A program made the position numbers and the translations under genes. From assembly GCA_964016885.1 (NCBI GenBank), contig OZ024742.1, positions 178,808,001-178,872,000 of the forward strand: 64,000 bases of DNA, in the 5' to 3' direction. Below, piece after piece: positions 13,939 to 28,027 of this stretch (positions are counted from its first letter, which is position 1; each line of letters begins with the position of its first letter). The DNA is from Eledone cirrhosa. Its lineage: Eukaryota. The notes below the pieces were generated by a model that saw only the letters and a list, made by a program, of their open reading frames with translations, was not told the origin of the DNA and did not search any database.

Positions 13939-13999
13939 TATTTTATCTGATGAAAGCGTACCAAAGTTTTGGTACCCTTGAAATATATATAATAGAATA
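13939..13999 (+). ncRNA. Type I hammerhead ribozyme (canonical core)
   Basis: Stem I TATTTTAT/ATAGAATA; CTGATGA; stem II AAG-GTACCA/TGGTAC-CTT; GAAAT-ATAT-ATA. Confidence 0.85.
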
Positions 14000-14038
14000 A
14001 ATATGGTTTTATAAATATACTTTCCATTTATTTAATAT

Positions 14039-14154
<116 letters not shown>

Positions 14155-14252
14155 TAAAAAAACAGATTAAAGTTTAAGCAAAGAATTGGTGCTTTATGAT
14201 ATTTATCCTTATCGAGCCCTCTTTGGATTTTAGTTTTCAAATTTATTATTAT

Positions 14253-14344
<92 letters not shown>

Positions 14345-14399
14345 ATAGATAGATAGATAGATAGATAGATAGGATAGGTAGATAGATAGATAATCAGAT

Positions 14400-15247
14400 G
14401 CACAAAGATCACCAAGGTCACCCCAAAAAAGAAGTGCACAGAATAGATAGGATGAGTCAGCGGAACAAATGTCAAAAGGGCTTGCTAAAGATATAACAAT
14501 GAAAGCAACTATTCATCCATAGAAATCAGATGTACGAAAATCATTTAGACAACAAATGGTGAGAAATAGAGCAACTCAACTGTGGCATGAAGAAACTGAA
14601 GCTTAAACAACTCAAAATCTATGAGAAGCAACAATAGAAGAGTGACGATAAAAAAAGGTTGACGAGTGGAACTTTGCTGCTTTTAGTTACAATCTATATC
14701 AAGCCTATGCTTCAGAACTTTTAATTCGAATTTCCTCAATGAACAAAATTTGTCCAAATTGCGGTGTTAAAAAATGGAATAGTGAGTCAAATAGAAAGAT
14801 TAGGTTTTCACTATTACCTGAACCAAAAGAACCCTCGAGGAGACTGGTGATTGGTACAATTACTGAATCAAGACACTTTCTTCAAAATATCCAGTACAAT
14901 AATGCATTTCAAATGACATTATTCGGTGCAGATATCATACCTGAAGATGGCTTTATAACCACTTTCGAGATCCAAGGGCAAGTGTACCACAGAATTGGAC
15001 CACTTCAGCCATTTTCAGAAGAAGAACCAAAGTATTTACAACTGTCTTTCATCAGTGATATGAAAACCCAAGCACAGACAAGATATGAAATAAATAAAGA
15101 AACACAGTATAAAATCATATTGTAACTAAAAGATACGTTACATAAAAGAAACAGCTATATTAGAAGTTTCAAATATACCCTAGAAACATTTTTGAATGGA
15201 ATTTTACTATTTTCTTTAACCTGGGCAACACCGGGTATTTTGCTAAT
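14400..15247 (+). mobile_element. Helitron remnant (Rep/helicase N-terminal fragment plus 3' terminus)
   Basis: ORF 14739-15125 with CPNC, YNNAFQMTLFGA and IQGQVYHRIGPL. 3' hairpin CTGGGCAACACCGGG followed by CTAA (decayed CTRR end). Confidence 0.85.
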
Positions 15248-15257
15248 ATATATATAT

Positions 15258-15343
<86 letters not shown>

Positions 15344-15468
15344 TGTATGTATATATATATATACATAGTGTATATGTGGTTGGCGTTAGGAAGGGAAACA
15401 GCTATAGAAACCAGCCCCAAATCAGTTCTGTATGAGCAAGACATGGTCATCAAATGGACGGTAAACGG

Positions 15469-15504
<36 letters not shown>

Positions 15505-15507
<3 letters not shown>

Positions 15508-15628
15508 AAAAGAGTCAGCACCCCGACGGCAGAGCTCAAGCCGTTTCGGCAGCTATTTCTGGACGCAACGTATCGAGTACTCGGTGCGTTATGGTCCACC
15601 TGGTTCCTTACCACACTCGCTTCGTTAT
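15505..15628 (+). mobile_element. Family A (TA)n-inserted pLTR element, rearranged copy
   Basis: Shares CCCCGACGGC-GAGCTCAAGCCGTTTCG and the TTATGGTCCACCTGGTTCCTTACCAC tail with the other family A copies. Confidence 0.8.
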
Positions 15629-16753
15629 ATATATATATATATATGCTGTATGTGTGTAAAGTATCCGAGCGCGGGATATCCCTGAGCTAATTTTGCTTGA
15701 CTGTTAATTGTTCATTGATTATTTGTTAATTAGGCAGGAATATATTATTATGTCTTTGTTAATCCTGTATCAATAATTTTATAATAATTTTTTGATCGTA
15801 CATTATTAGATTACTGAAGCTACCTTATACCTTCTTAAAAATACATTTTATAATTATTGTCTTTTTGCTTATGTATTTTCTTACTTATCATTTTCTTTAA
15901 TCTTGCCCAACTTGATAAGCTCTTTGAATTGCTCCCTAATTAAATTACTTAAATTACTTAAATTATTTTATCTATTATACCTAAGTTGTATCTGTTGAAG
16001 CAGCCCTTTGAAAATTCCACGGATATCCCAAATACCGTAATTTTTAACTTTAAATTTATAATTTTCCTCAATTCGTTTATATATATCCTTAAAGGCTCTC
16101 TAAAATTTTAATTCTTCGAAGGGTCTCTCGGAGGAGGTTCCTATTAAAAATATTAAAGGGGCCTTTTCTGAGGGATTTATTGAAGGCTTTTTGAATTAAC
16201 CTTTAATTGATTAGCTTCTTTCAACTTAGTAGGGATTATCAAAACTTCGTAAATTTCCTGAAATGTTTTAACATGATCTCTGGGGAAGAAAGTTTTTTTC
16301 TTTCTAAAAAAATTTTTTTCTCTCGAAGGAATTTCTTAGGAAACTTTATATTTTTTTAGGGAAACTTTATATTTTTATTTTTTTATTTTTTTATTTTATT
16401 AGTCATTTAATCTCTTCTCGTTTGTTAAGTTTATTGCGGCTTGTAACCTTTATGCACTTATTGAGGGATTTTTTAAGGTGCTTCTACGAGATCCCAAGTC
16501 TTTTACTTTTAATGCGTAAATTATAAATTATCTAATTTTTAACTTTCAATCCCTGACTCTTAGGCCCTTTTCAAATTCTCTTAACTCCCCATAACCCATC
16601 CCTTTTACAACTCCGACAACTAATATAAAAGAGCCCCCTTAAAATATAGACCCCAAATATACAAGCGGAGCTGCTGATGTATACCACAATTTCAAACTGC
16701 TAGTCTTGAGTGATACGTTGATGTAAATAATGAACTTACAATCACATGTTATA

Positions 16754-16800
16754 TGCCTTGAAAAGTCGCACCATATGGTCGGACGAAACGGCTGTCGGCA
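16754..16800 (+). ncRNA. Type I hammerhead ribozyme, U3-A8 variant
   Basis: Stem I TGCC/GGCA; core TTGAAAA; stem II GTC..ACCA-TA-TGGT..GAC; GAAAC-GGCT-GTC; AATAAA directly after. Confidence 0.75.
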
Positions 16801-16847
16801 ATAAACTTGTTATAATGTCATAATAGTTCCTTTGTTCTTTTTCATTA

Positions 16848-16882
<35 letters not shown>

Positions 16883-16904
16883 TGAATATATATATATAAA
16901 TATA

Positions 16905-16980
<76 letters not shown>

Positions 16981-17395
16981 TATATATATATATATAAATA
17001 TATATATGTATATATACATACATATATATATATTGTTATATTTGGGGAGGGTCATATTGTTATAATATTGCCAGAGATAATAACAGAACACACTCACGTT
17101 TGGTTTGAGTTGGTTTTCGCTTCTGTATCTTTTATATCTCCACAGTTAATTTATCTGGTAATCAATGTTTATCATTGATTGACCAACGGTTAAAAATACA
17201 GATATAAATATATATATATATAGTCTATCAAAGTTCTTCCGTCACACACCTGTGGCATCATCTGTGGTACTATTATGTTTCCTCCCGTTGTATTGTAATA
17301 CCTACGTCATTTCTATTTAACTAATTTATTTATTTATTTTTGTCTCTGTCTCTGATTGCGCATGCGTTTCTCTGATTGCGAATGTGTGTTTCCTG

Positions 17396-17444
<49 letters not shown>

Positions 17445-17449
17445 CACAT

Positions 17450-17986
17450 ATATCAACTAGAAATAGATTGACACATATATATATAAAATAAACACATGAA
17501 ACAATCTCAGGGAATAATTTGTAAAGTGTGTAAGCACACATAGCTAGGTAGGTAACTAATTAAAGTTTAACTAGAACTTCAAATATAAATACCTTTTAAA
17601 ATGATTTGCATTTGCTGTGTAAACGCAGATGGTTGGATCTTCTCCTTTGGTGACCATCCGGGATTTGACCGCTGTGATTTACTGGTTAATTGGTGAAATA
17701 TATTTTTTATTTAAAGAAATATATACAAAGGAGATTAATCATTTTAAAAGGTATCTATATTTGAAGTTCTAGTTAAACTTTAATTAGTTACCTACCAAGC
17801 TATGTGTACTTACACATTTTACAAATTATTCCCTGAGATTGTTTCATGTGTTTATTTTATATATATATATATCAATCTATTTATAGTTGATATAAAATGG
17901 TCGGATCTATTCATTGCAATCTTTGAGCTTATTCTGCAGTGAATATGGCGCATGTCTCTCAGACATGATAACCTTAATTTAATTTT

Positions 17987-17990
<4 letters not shown>
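17450..17990 (+). mobile_element. Fold-back element with about 157-bp inverted arms
   Basis: Arms 17450-17607/17737-17893. The spacer holds a hammerhead-like motif. Confidence 0.8.
17641..17734 (+). ncRNA. Hammerhead-like motif, G3-C8 variant, with AT-rich duplication near the cleavage site
   Basis: Perfect 9-bp stem I TCTCCTTTG/CAAAGGAGA; core GTGACCA; GAAATATATA. GAAATATA is duplicated around TTTTTTATTTAAA. Confidence 0.55.
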
Positions 17991-18055
<65 letters not shown>

Positions 18056-18241
18056 ATAATCTCCCATTAGGTTGAGATGCAATTTGGCAATATTGGGCTG
18101 CGCTTTCTAGCAACCAGCCCACTCGCCGTAAGCAACCAATCACATTCTTTCTAACTTGACCACTGCCACGTTACGATTCTTAGCCATTTTGAATCTGTTT
18201 CTGGCGGGGATCGCTTTGGAAAATTACCTGTCCTATGAGTT

Positions 18242-18323
18242 TGTTTCCTGACGAGTTCGAAACTCGAGATTTTATCCTTAATAGGATATCTCAAAACGCG
18301 AACGAAACCCCAGGGTAGAGACA
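18242..18323 (+). ncRNA. Type I hammerhead ribozyme (canonical core, extended stem II)
   Basis: Stem I TGTTTC/GAGACA; CTGACGA; GTTCG...CGAAC; GAAAC-CC-CA-GG-GTA. Confidence 0.85.
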
Positions 18324-18671
18324 TAATCATGGTAAGAGTGTACGCATTTCTTCTAACTTTAATTTTATACCTAATTGTGTATGGTTGACGATATATTTAG
18401 TCGATTTATACATGCTGTTGAAATGTTGGGTAAATATTCTATTGCGGTCGGCGGCGAAGAGGCTGCTGTCGTTTATTTATCAAATATTTCTTCATAGGAG
18501 CCTTTATTCTTATAGCCTGGTCTAATTGATTCTTTTATGTGGTTAATTATGCTAATTGGGAGAAGAAATGGTGTATATATATATTATCAAATGATTCAAT
18601 GGACATACTTTATGATATATATATATATATACGATATTAACAAATGGAAACTATATTTATAAAACCATATT

Positions 18672-18736
18672 TATTTTATTATACATATTTCAAGGACACC
18701 ACGTTAAATTATGGTGTTCTTTCATCAGACAAAATA
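18672..18736 (-). ncRNA. Type I hammerhead ribozyme (inverted copy)
   Basis: Reverse complement of 20354-20418. Confidence 0.8.
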
Positions 18737-20353
18737 CAATATAGATCAGTTTTATAAATAAATATTGACATACCCTTAAAAGATGCAACCATTACTGTTG
18801 GAAGCTCCCGGATAGTGGAGTTGTTTACTTACATTATTATTAGTATTGGATATTTTTATTTTTAAAATAAGCCGTTGTTATTTTTTTTTATTTTTTTTAT
18901 TTTATTTTATTTTATTTTTATTTTTTTAATTTTATTTTTTTTATTGTTTTTTTTTTTTTTTTTATTTTTTTTTTTACATTTTATTTTTATTATTTATTTT
19001 TTTTTATTTTATTTTATTTTTTTATTTTTTTAAATTTATTTATTTTTTTTTTTTTTATTTTTTTATTTATTTATTTATTTTTTAATTTTATTTTATTTTT
19101 TTTATTTTTTATTGTTTTCTTATTGTTCTGAAATCTTATATTTTCGAAAGTTTATCCTTTCAATATTTTGAGTTAAATATACGTAAGATTAATTTCTATA
19201 CTAAATCTATTAAACATACTATTATTTTAAATTAAAATATTCTATAATATTTTTAAATTGTATTGCTTTTAAAGTTATATTGCTATAATTATATTTCCAA
19301 ATTGTAATATAATCCTTTTGTATTTTATGTACTCAATTATACTATGTATTGTATTGATGTATACTTCTCTCTATATGTGAGTATATATGTATATGTGTAT
19401 ATTGACATACATGTACATGTGTTCTATGCGTTTTTATGAATATATGTCTGTCTGTATGTATGTATATGTATGCGTGATGCGTATCTACCTATTGGCTGAG
19501 GGTACACACACATGTATATATATGTATATGTGAGAATTATGTGTGTACATGTGCGTGCATATCTATACAATTTTGATTGCACTTATGTATAATGTTTATC
19601 CCAATGATTCCTAACAGATAGACATATAATTAACAGCCATAAATACATAACAGGTAATCTTATATATATATATAAAACATTTTTTATTTAATAACATAAA
19701 GTGTGTATAACATTAAATTAAAGAATCCTTTATGCTTTGTGTGTATATATTATATACGTAGTTAGATATGGTATGTATTTTATAAGTGTGTATATATATT
19801 TATATGTATTTTTGCGTGTGTATACGTGTTATATGATATGTAGTTCTCTGGCAATATATGGATTTCTTAATGTATAGATCGCAATTTTTAATATGTTGAT
19901 CTCAATTTTTAAATGATTAACTAAACATCTATTCATATTTAAACAATGATTAATTTCTCATATTATATATGTATATTCCATTCATGATTATTAACATTTC
20001 TAATTTTATTTATTCATTTCATCTCAATTGTTAAGTTAACTCAACAAGTTATGACTTAGTGTTTTCGTTCTCTCCCCTTCTCTCTGTCTCTTCTCTATCT
20101 CTATATCTTTCTCTCTCTGTTGTTTTGGTATCTCTCTCTCTTTTCTCTCTTTTTTCTTTCTTTTCTTCTTTCTTTCTCTCTTTTTCTCTCTCTCCTTCTT
20201 TTTCTTTCTCTGTAATCCAAAGGCTTATTTAAAAAAAAATCCAATACTAATAATAATATAAGTAAACAACTCCACTATCCGGGAGCTTCCAACAGTAATG
20301 GTTGCATTTTTTAAGGGTATGTCAATATTTATTTATAAAACTGATCTATATTG

Positions 20354-20418
20354 TATTTTGTCTGATGAAAGCACACCATAATTTAACGTGGTGTCCTTGA
20401 AATATGTATAATAAAATA
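20354..20418 (+). ncRNA. Type I hammerhead ribozyme (canonical core)
   Basis: Stem I TATTTTGT/ATAAAATA; CTGATGA; AAG-ACACCA/TGGTGT-CTT; GAAAT-ATGT-ATA. Confidence 0.85.
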
Positions 20419-20545
20419 AATATGGTTTTATAAATATAGTTTCCATTTGTTAATATCGTATGTTTACTCCAAATACTTGTTGAGTGCTTTATATCAGTTA
20501 TAAAAATATTTGCTTGTTGTATCCCAACAATTTAAATAGAACTTT

Positions 20546-20617
<72 letters not shown>

Positions 20618-20778
20618 TAAGTATGTTTTGAAACAGTGAGCAGGTTTTAAATTAGAAAATAGAATAGCTTTCACAGTATTTTTTACTAAAGAAATTATAG
20701 CCTGATAATGGGGTTTAGAACCCTCAGATAAATGGAAAAAGATGAGTATTGACGTACATGTACGTCAATACTCATATG

Positions 20779-20814
<36 letters not shown>

Positions 20815-20815
20815 T

Positions 20816-21380
<565 letters not shown>

Positions 21381-22073
21381 ATATATATATACATGTATAC
21401 ATACATAAATACCTAATGTATATATACATGGGTACGTACATAGATACATACACACATACATCCATCCATCCATCCATACATACATACATACATACATACA
21501 TGAATACAGACAGTCAGACAGACATGACATGATTGTCATTGCAGATAATACGAAAAGCTGACATTCAGATTGCAGACATAAGAGGAGATAAATAAATATA
21601 TAATACAATAATAACGAAATGAAATAATAGAATATTAAAAAGAAATAATAATACAAACACTTTGAAACAATGACAATACACATTACAAAAAATATAGATA
21701 TAAACTATATATATATAAAAAAAAAAAAAGGAGTAAAATGGTGTTGTTTTAGGTTTTAAAATACGTTATCATAAGATATAGTAATTCAATGATGTGGTTA
21801 TTATGGAAAATAAAGATAGAATATTTCACTAGATTTCTTGATAAGAGGATGAGATTACTGTGTTGCAAGTAGGTAGATGTATGAAAGATATGGTGATATG
21901 GTGATATGGTGATATGGTGATATGGCGATATTGGTGATTCTGGTGATACATGGAGAGGGCGGTGAAAATGTGTACTCTCTATGTATTGTGAGAGCTCTTA
22001 TATGAATGGGATTGGGTTTTTTCGAGAAAGAGAAAGAAACAGAGACGTGTGTATCTTTCTGCATATATGTGTT

Positions 22074-22122
<49 letters not shown>

Positions 22123-22126
<4 letters not shown>

Positions 22127-22345
22127 CGAAGGAAATGTGGTAAGGAACCAGGTGGACCATAACGCACCAAAGTACTCAATATTTAGGGTAGTAGAGTGGG
22201 TAATATGAACGAGTAGGACCCCGACGGCTGAGCTCAAGCCGTTTCGACGGCTAATTCTGGACTAAATTAGCCCAGAATTAGCCCTAAATTAGTCCAGAAT
22301 TAGCCGTCGAAACGGCTTGAGCTCAGCCGTCGGGGTCCTACTCGT
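22123..22345 (-). mobile_element. Family A fold-back pLTR element
   Basis: Long arm starting ATAACGAAGG, fold-back at about 22260-22295, short arm ending in (TA)n. Confidence 0.88.
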
Positions 22346-23197
22346 ATATATATATATATATATATATTTATATAAATATATATATATATATATATACAAA
22401 TATATATATAAATATATATATATATTTATATATATATAAATATATCAAACATCCTTGGAACTTACCAACTTTTCAACCATCCTCTTACGTCATCACCTAT
22501 ATAACTCACCCACACACACACACCCCAAACATTTTTTTCTCCACACGCCACCCACACCCACAACACGCTTAAACCCCACACACACGTGCTTCCCACCACA
22601 TATTTACACCCTCAGCCTCCTGATTCCTCTCCCCCCACCCCCCTATCCACACACGCACAAACACTCCGACCCACAAAAACACCCCCCACACACACCTCTT
22701 CCTGAACATGCAACCCCGTTCTTCCCCCAACCCTCACTTTCACATACACACACACACACACGCACACCTACACACACACACCACCTTCAGCCCTCCCCGC
22801 TCGGACACCCGTCTCCCTCTCCCCACTCCACCCGCCACCACCCCTACTCACCCCACACCCTTCCACCACCTGTTTACTCCCCTTTTAATTTCAGTTTATT
22901 TTGATCATGCCTTTATTTTTAAATTTTCTCATTCCTTGTATTTTGATCATGCTTTATTTTTATTTTTTATATTTTTTGTCTTTATTTGTTAATTTTTCAT
23001 TCGCACCGTTTCCTTTCGCTATATGTCTCTCCACCACTCCCCTACACACCTTTTGAACTCTGTTCCCACACACTTCTCACCTGAGGAAGGGCGTATGCCA
23101 GAAACGTCGTCCCCCACCTACCCCCCACTCTCCTGAGCCTGAATTTAATAAACATTTATTGTACTGCCTCTCTGTTCTGTCCCTGTTCAAATTTTTC

Positions 23198-23308
<111 letters not shown>

Positions 23309-23324
23309 ATATATATATATGTAT

Positions 23325-23394
<70 letters not shown>

Positions 23395-23848
23395 ATATAC
23401 ACATATAGTGTGTACATAAGTACACACTATATGTATGTATATATACACATATAGTGTGTATAAGTATGTATGTATATATACACATATAAGTGTGTCACGA
23501 ATGTACAGGGAAAGAGAGATTAAAGGAGTGTAAAATCCATTCATATTATTTCATCATTCATACTTTTCAAAAATAAAACTATGTCACACACTTATAAAGA
23601 CACATTCTGAAGCAGCCTTGTTAAAGTTTCGTATACCACCCTTACGGTATGTATTTCTGCACTCTGCGTTCAAATCCCGTCGACTTCATAATACTGTCAA
23701 TCTCCCGCTCTTTTGAATTATAGTAATACTACCAGTGTTTCTGCGCATCAAAATACACTGCCCACTAACAAAACACATAAATAAGGGCTCGAGTTTTTAT
23801 AAATATGCCTACTTGTGGACATCAGAGCAATAATACACTAACATTTCT

Positions 23849-23926
<78 letters not shown>

Positions 23927-24019
23927 CTCCCCGAATCGAGTACAAGCAGATAATTATTTCAGCACATGAGTACAGACACTTCAATACATGTGTAAAAAGA
24001 AGCTGTAGTAAAGAGGAAA

Positions 24020-24485
24020 GGGTATGCTTTGCGAAGGGCAAGGAGGCAGAAGAGGCTTGGGCGAGAAATTACTCTAGAAATCTGTACAGAATTTTATTTA
24101 TGGAAAATATCATCTAAATACAGTTTAATAGGGAAAGAAAAAAAGAAAATAGCAAAATATAAAGAAAAAAGGAGTAAAAGCCCGGGAAAGGGAGGGAATG
24201 GCAAGGACTCGAGAATCACAAAAGAATGAAGAGGGGATAAAGGAGGGATGATTGGGCTCTGGGCCTATGGCGGGGCGGTAAATGGGTGCACCCTGCGACA
24301 AGACCGCAAAAGCATTCCCGCGGACATTGGCCAGCGACACCTGCTGCAACAGTCACCTCACCTCGCGGGGCTCCTTCCTCAGGCGGGCCGCCGACGTTCC
24401 GATCTTGCGGAGGAGCTCGACTGTACGGGGTCCAAGTACGCCTGAGGTCTCGACTACGACCGGTGCGGAGAGGAAGCGGCCTGAC
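24020..24485 (-). mobile_element. CRE-clade non-LTR retrotransposon 3' end (restriction-like endonuclease C-terminus plus 3' UTR)
   Basis: Minus strand translates APVVVETSGVLGPRTVELLRKIG...LLQQVSLANVRGNAFAVL, followed by a pyrimidine-rich UTR and AATAAA. Confidence 0.75.
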
Positions 24486-24489
24486 AATC

Positions 24490-24830
24490 CTTGGTTAGTA
24501 GTAAAAGGTGATTCAGGTATGATAATTAAGAGTAAGGATGGTCACAGGTTGGGAACAAGCGAGTAAAAATTATCCAGGTGGATGGAATATTTCCAGGATG
24601 TGCTCAATCGATCGGATGCGGTCCATATCTGGCGGACCGTCTCCAGGTAACAGATGAGAAAATCTGAACGTAGGAATTCGTCAAAGCTATTAGTTGCATG
24701 AGGACCAACAAGACACCAGCTAAACAAGGTAACTGCAGAATTGCTTAAGCATTGAGGAAATGTCATCGCATGGGGTATCTTTATATGGTATGAAGACAAA
24801 TATGAAGATATCCTGAAGTGTTCATCTATA
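24490..24830 (+). pseudogene. RTE-clade LINE ORF fragment (EN-RT linker)
   Basis: IKSKDGHRLGTSE*KLSRWMEYFQDVLNR...NKTP...VTAELLKH. Confidence 0.65.
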
Positions 24831-24875
24831 TTCCATTTATAATTCATTTCAGACAGTGAATACAGTATATACATT

Positions 24876-25418
<543 letters not shown>

Positions 25419-25639
25419 TCTGGGATGAAGAGAAGGAGGAGTGGCGGGCGTAAGACATAATTAACAGAGAGAGTATCAGAGAGAAAGGATTGGGGAGGAG
25501 AGAGACGTATAACAAGATGGAACAATGTGTCCGAATACGGAAGAGCCGAACTCCCACCGTCATCGACCCCATCTCTCTCGCCCACCACATCTCTCTGTAT
25601 AGTGAGCAAATGGGGTCCCACGTCCTGAAGTAATGTAAC

Positions 25640-25700
<61 letters not shown>

Positions 25701-25851
25701 ATATATACAGTAATAATAAATGTGATAAATAATTTAGTTAGACTAAAATCGGAAGAGGGCTCGATAAGGATTATATATATAGAGATATGTATAAAAACTG
25801 TAGAGCAAATATTTATTAAAATAACAGATTAAAGTTTAAGCAAAGAATCGC

Positions 25852-25882
<31 letters not shown>

Positions 25883-26109
25883 GGGGAGAGAGAGATAGAG
25901 AGATGAGAGAGAGATAGAGAGATGAGAGAGAGAGAGCGAGAGAGAGCAAGAGAGGGCGAGAGAGGGAGAGAGAGAGAGAGTTAATTGCACAACAATTACT
26001 TCAAGTATGGTTTGGTAATTGTGGAATTAACGCTATACCGAACTCGTCCTTTGCATTGAGTGCTCTACCAATTTTGGATATAACCTCCGATTTTCCACCA
26101 CCACCACCA

Positions 26110-26112
26110 CTA

Positions 26113-26183
<71 letters not shown>
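26110..26183. repeat. (CTA)n microsatellite
   Basis: Pure run. Confidence 0.95.
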
Positions 26184-26184
<1 letters not shown>

Positions 26185-26331
26185 TGTATATATGGATTGA
26201 TGCGTATTGTACTTTATCTATTTGAAAGGAACTCATGAACTAGAAGCCAATTTCAATGAAAGGTTTCGAATTAGGGTTAATATTGTTGATTATTATTATA
26301 TGTTATAGGTGGTGGATTGTTATATGTAATA

Positions 26332-26524
26332 GGTGGTGGATTGGCAGTATCGGCAGAGGGTCGGACGCCATGCTTTGACGCATAGAGTTACGGCCCTTGC
26401 AATTCTGAGTTCAAATCCCGCCGAGGTTAACTTTGCCTTTCATCCTTACGGGGTCGATAAAATAAAGTACCAGTAATGCACTGGGTAATTGCTGGTCTTG
26501 TGCCAAAAGTAGAAACAATTATTA
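26332..26524 (+). mobile_element. Full-length tRNA-derived SINE
   Basis: Intact A and B boxes, central domain and ATT tail. Confidence 0.92.
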
Positions 26525-26680
26525 TATGTTATATTCAAATAAATGTGATATTCTTAAACGAGGCTCATATATTTGTCTGTATAAGTACACTTTCCAAATA
26601 GCTCAATTAAAAAAGCTCCTACGGAGTGAAACATTCGGCTTTCTGTTCAAGATCTTTTTTATTTCAATGTAATGCAAGAT

Positions 26681-26712
<32 letters not shown>

Positions 26713-26731
26713 GCACACACACACACACACG

Positions 26732-26763
<32 letters not shown>

Positions 26764-27216
26764 CACACACACACTCACACACTCACACACACACATATAT
26801 ATATATATACAAAGTATCTTTACGTAGTTTTACGTATATTTACGTAGTTTTATATATGTATTAAGGTTAGCTAGCTATCTGGATATCTAGATATCATGCG
26901 TAATCAGAGTTATTTGACACGTTATCCATATCTAATACATCGCATAATTACACTATACCGCCATCTTATACTGCTAACACCGCAAGCGTATATTCACAAT
27001 ACTTTTGGGTTTTGTTTTTATTATTCAGATTTCTCGTTTATTTGGTTTTCGTTTTTTATTACTATTATTGTTTGTCGTGAGTTTTTAGCTTCCTTTTTTG
27101 TTTGTTGTTTTAATTGGTTCATTTGCTTATTTGCTTGTTTTGGATATATCGTGTGTGGTTTATACGGGTGGGATTTGATTAACTGATCAAAATATATATA
27201 AATATATATATATATA

Positions 27217-27379
<163 letters not shown>

Positions 27380-28027
27380 AAAGTATCATAGGCAGCCATT
27401 TTGAAAGATGGCTATCTAAACATAAAGAACAAAACACCTTCAACAGTGTTAATCGATGCTTCTCAATCAATCTATTGTTTTGCTGTTTATTATATACTGC
27501 TATATAACTCACTTTACTACTTCTTTCTCTGTCGCTCTCACATCCTCGTTTTTATTCTGTCTCCCTGTCTCCCCGTCTGCCCCTCTCTCTCTTGCACACA
27601 CACACACACACTTCCTTCTTTGTCTCTTTCTTTTTGTCACTCTAGCCTGTCTCTTTCTAGATTCTCTTTGTTTCTTTCTCCCTCTCTCTCCACACACATC
27701 CACACACCCACAAAGCTACACCCCCCCCATATATATATATATATGGAGAATAAGATGGGCTGTGTAGTTGCTAGTTAAGGTAGCTTAAAATGGAGTGAGG
27801 ATAAGAAGAAAGCAAGAACGGGGGAGTTTTCCTCATCAGTTGTCTACTGGCGGCCTCGGATATTTCCATGCTTTAAAGACAAGATATCTACCGCCCAGAG
27901 CGTTCAATAACTGGGTAAGTTATTGGGAAAACAGAGGAGGGAGGCAAGGAAAATAGAAGGGAAAAGTGAAGAAAAGAGAAAACAGCGAAAAAAACAACAG
28001 ACCGGGCAATGTGCGAGCAACTTAAGC

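Larger units (their letters stand above)
18630..20550 (+). mobile_element. PLE-like element with about 230-bp inverted pLTRs around 1.4 kb of AT-rich DNA
   Basis: Arms about 18630-18860 and 20230-20460. Related to the 13790-14045 island. Confidence 0.8.

Noticed and set aside
27815-27845. Minus-strand CTGATGA with a small hairpin
   Set aside because: No GAAA, stem III or stem I.
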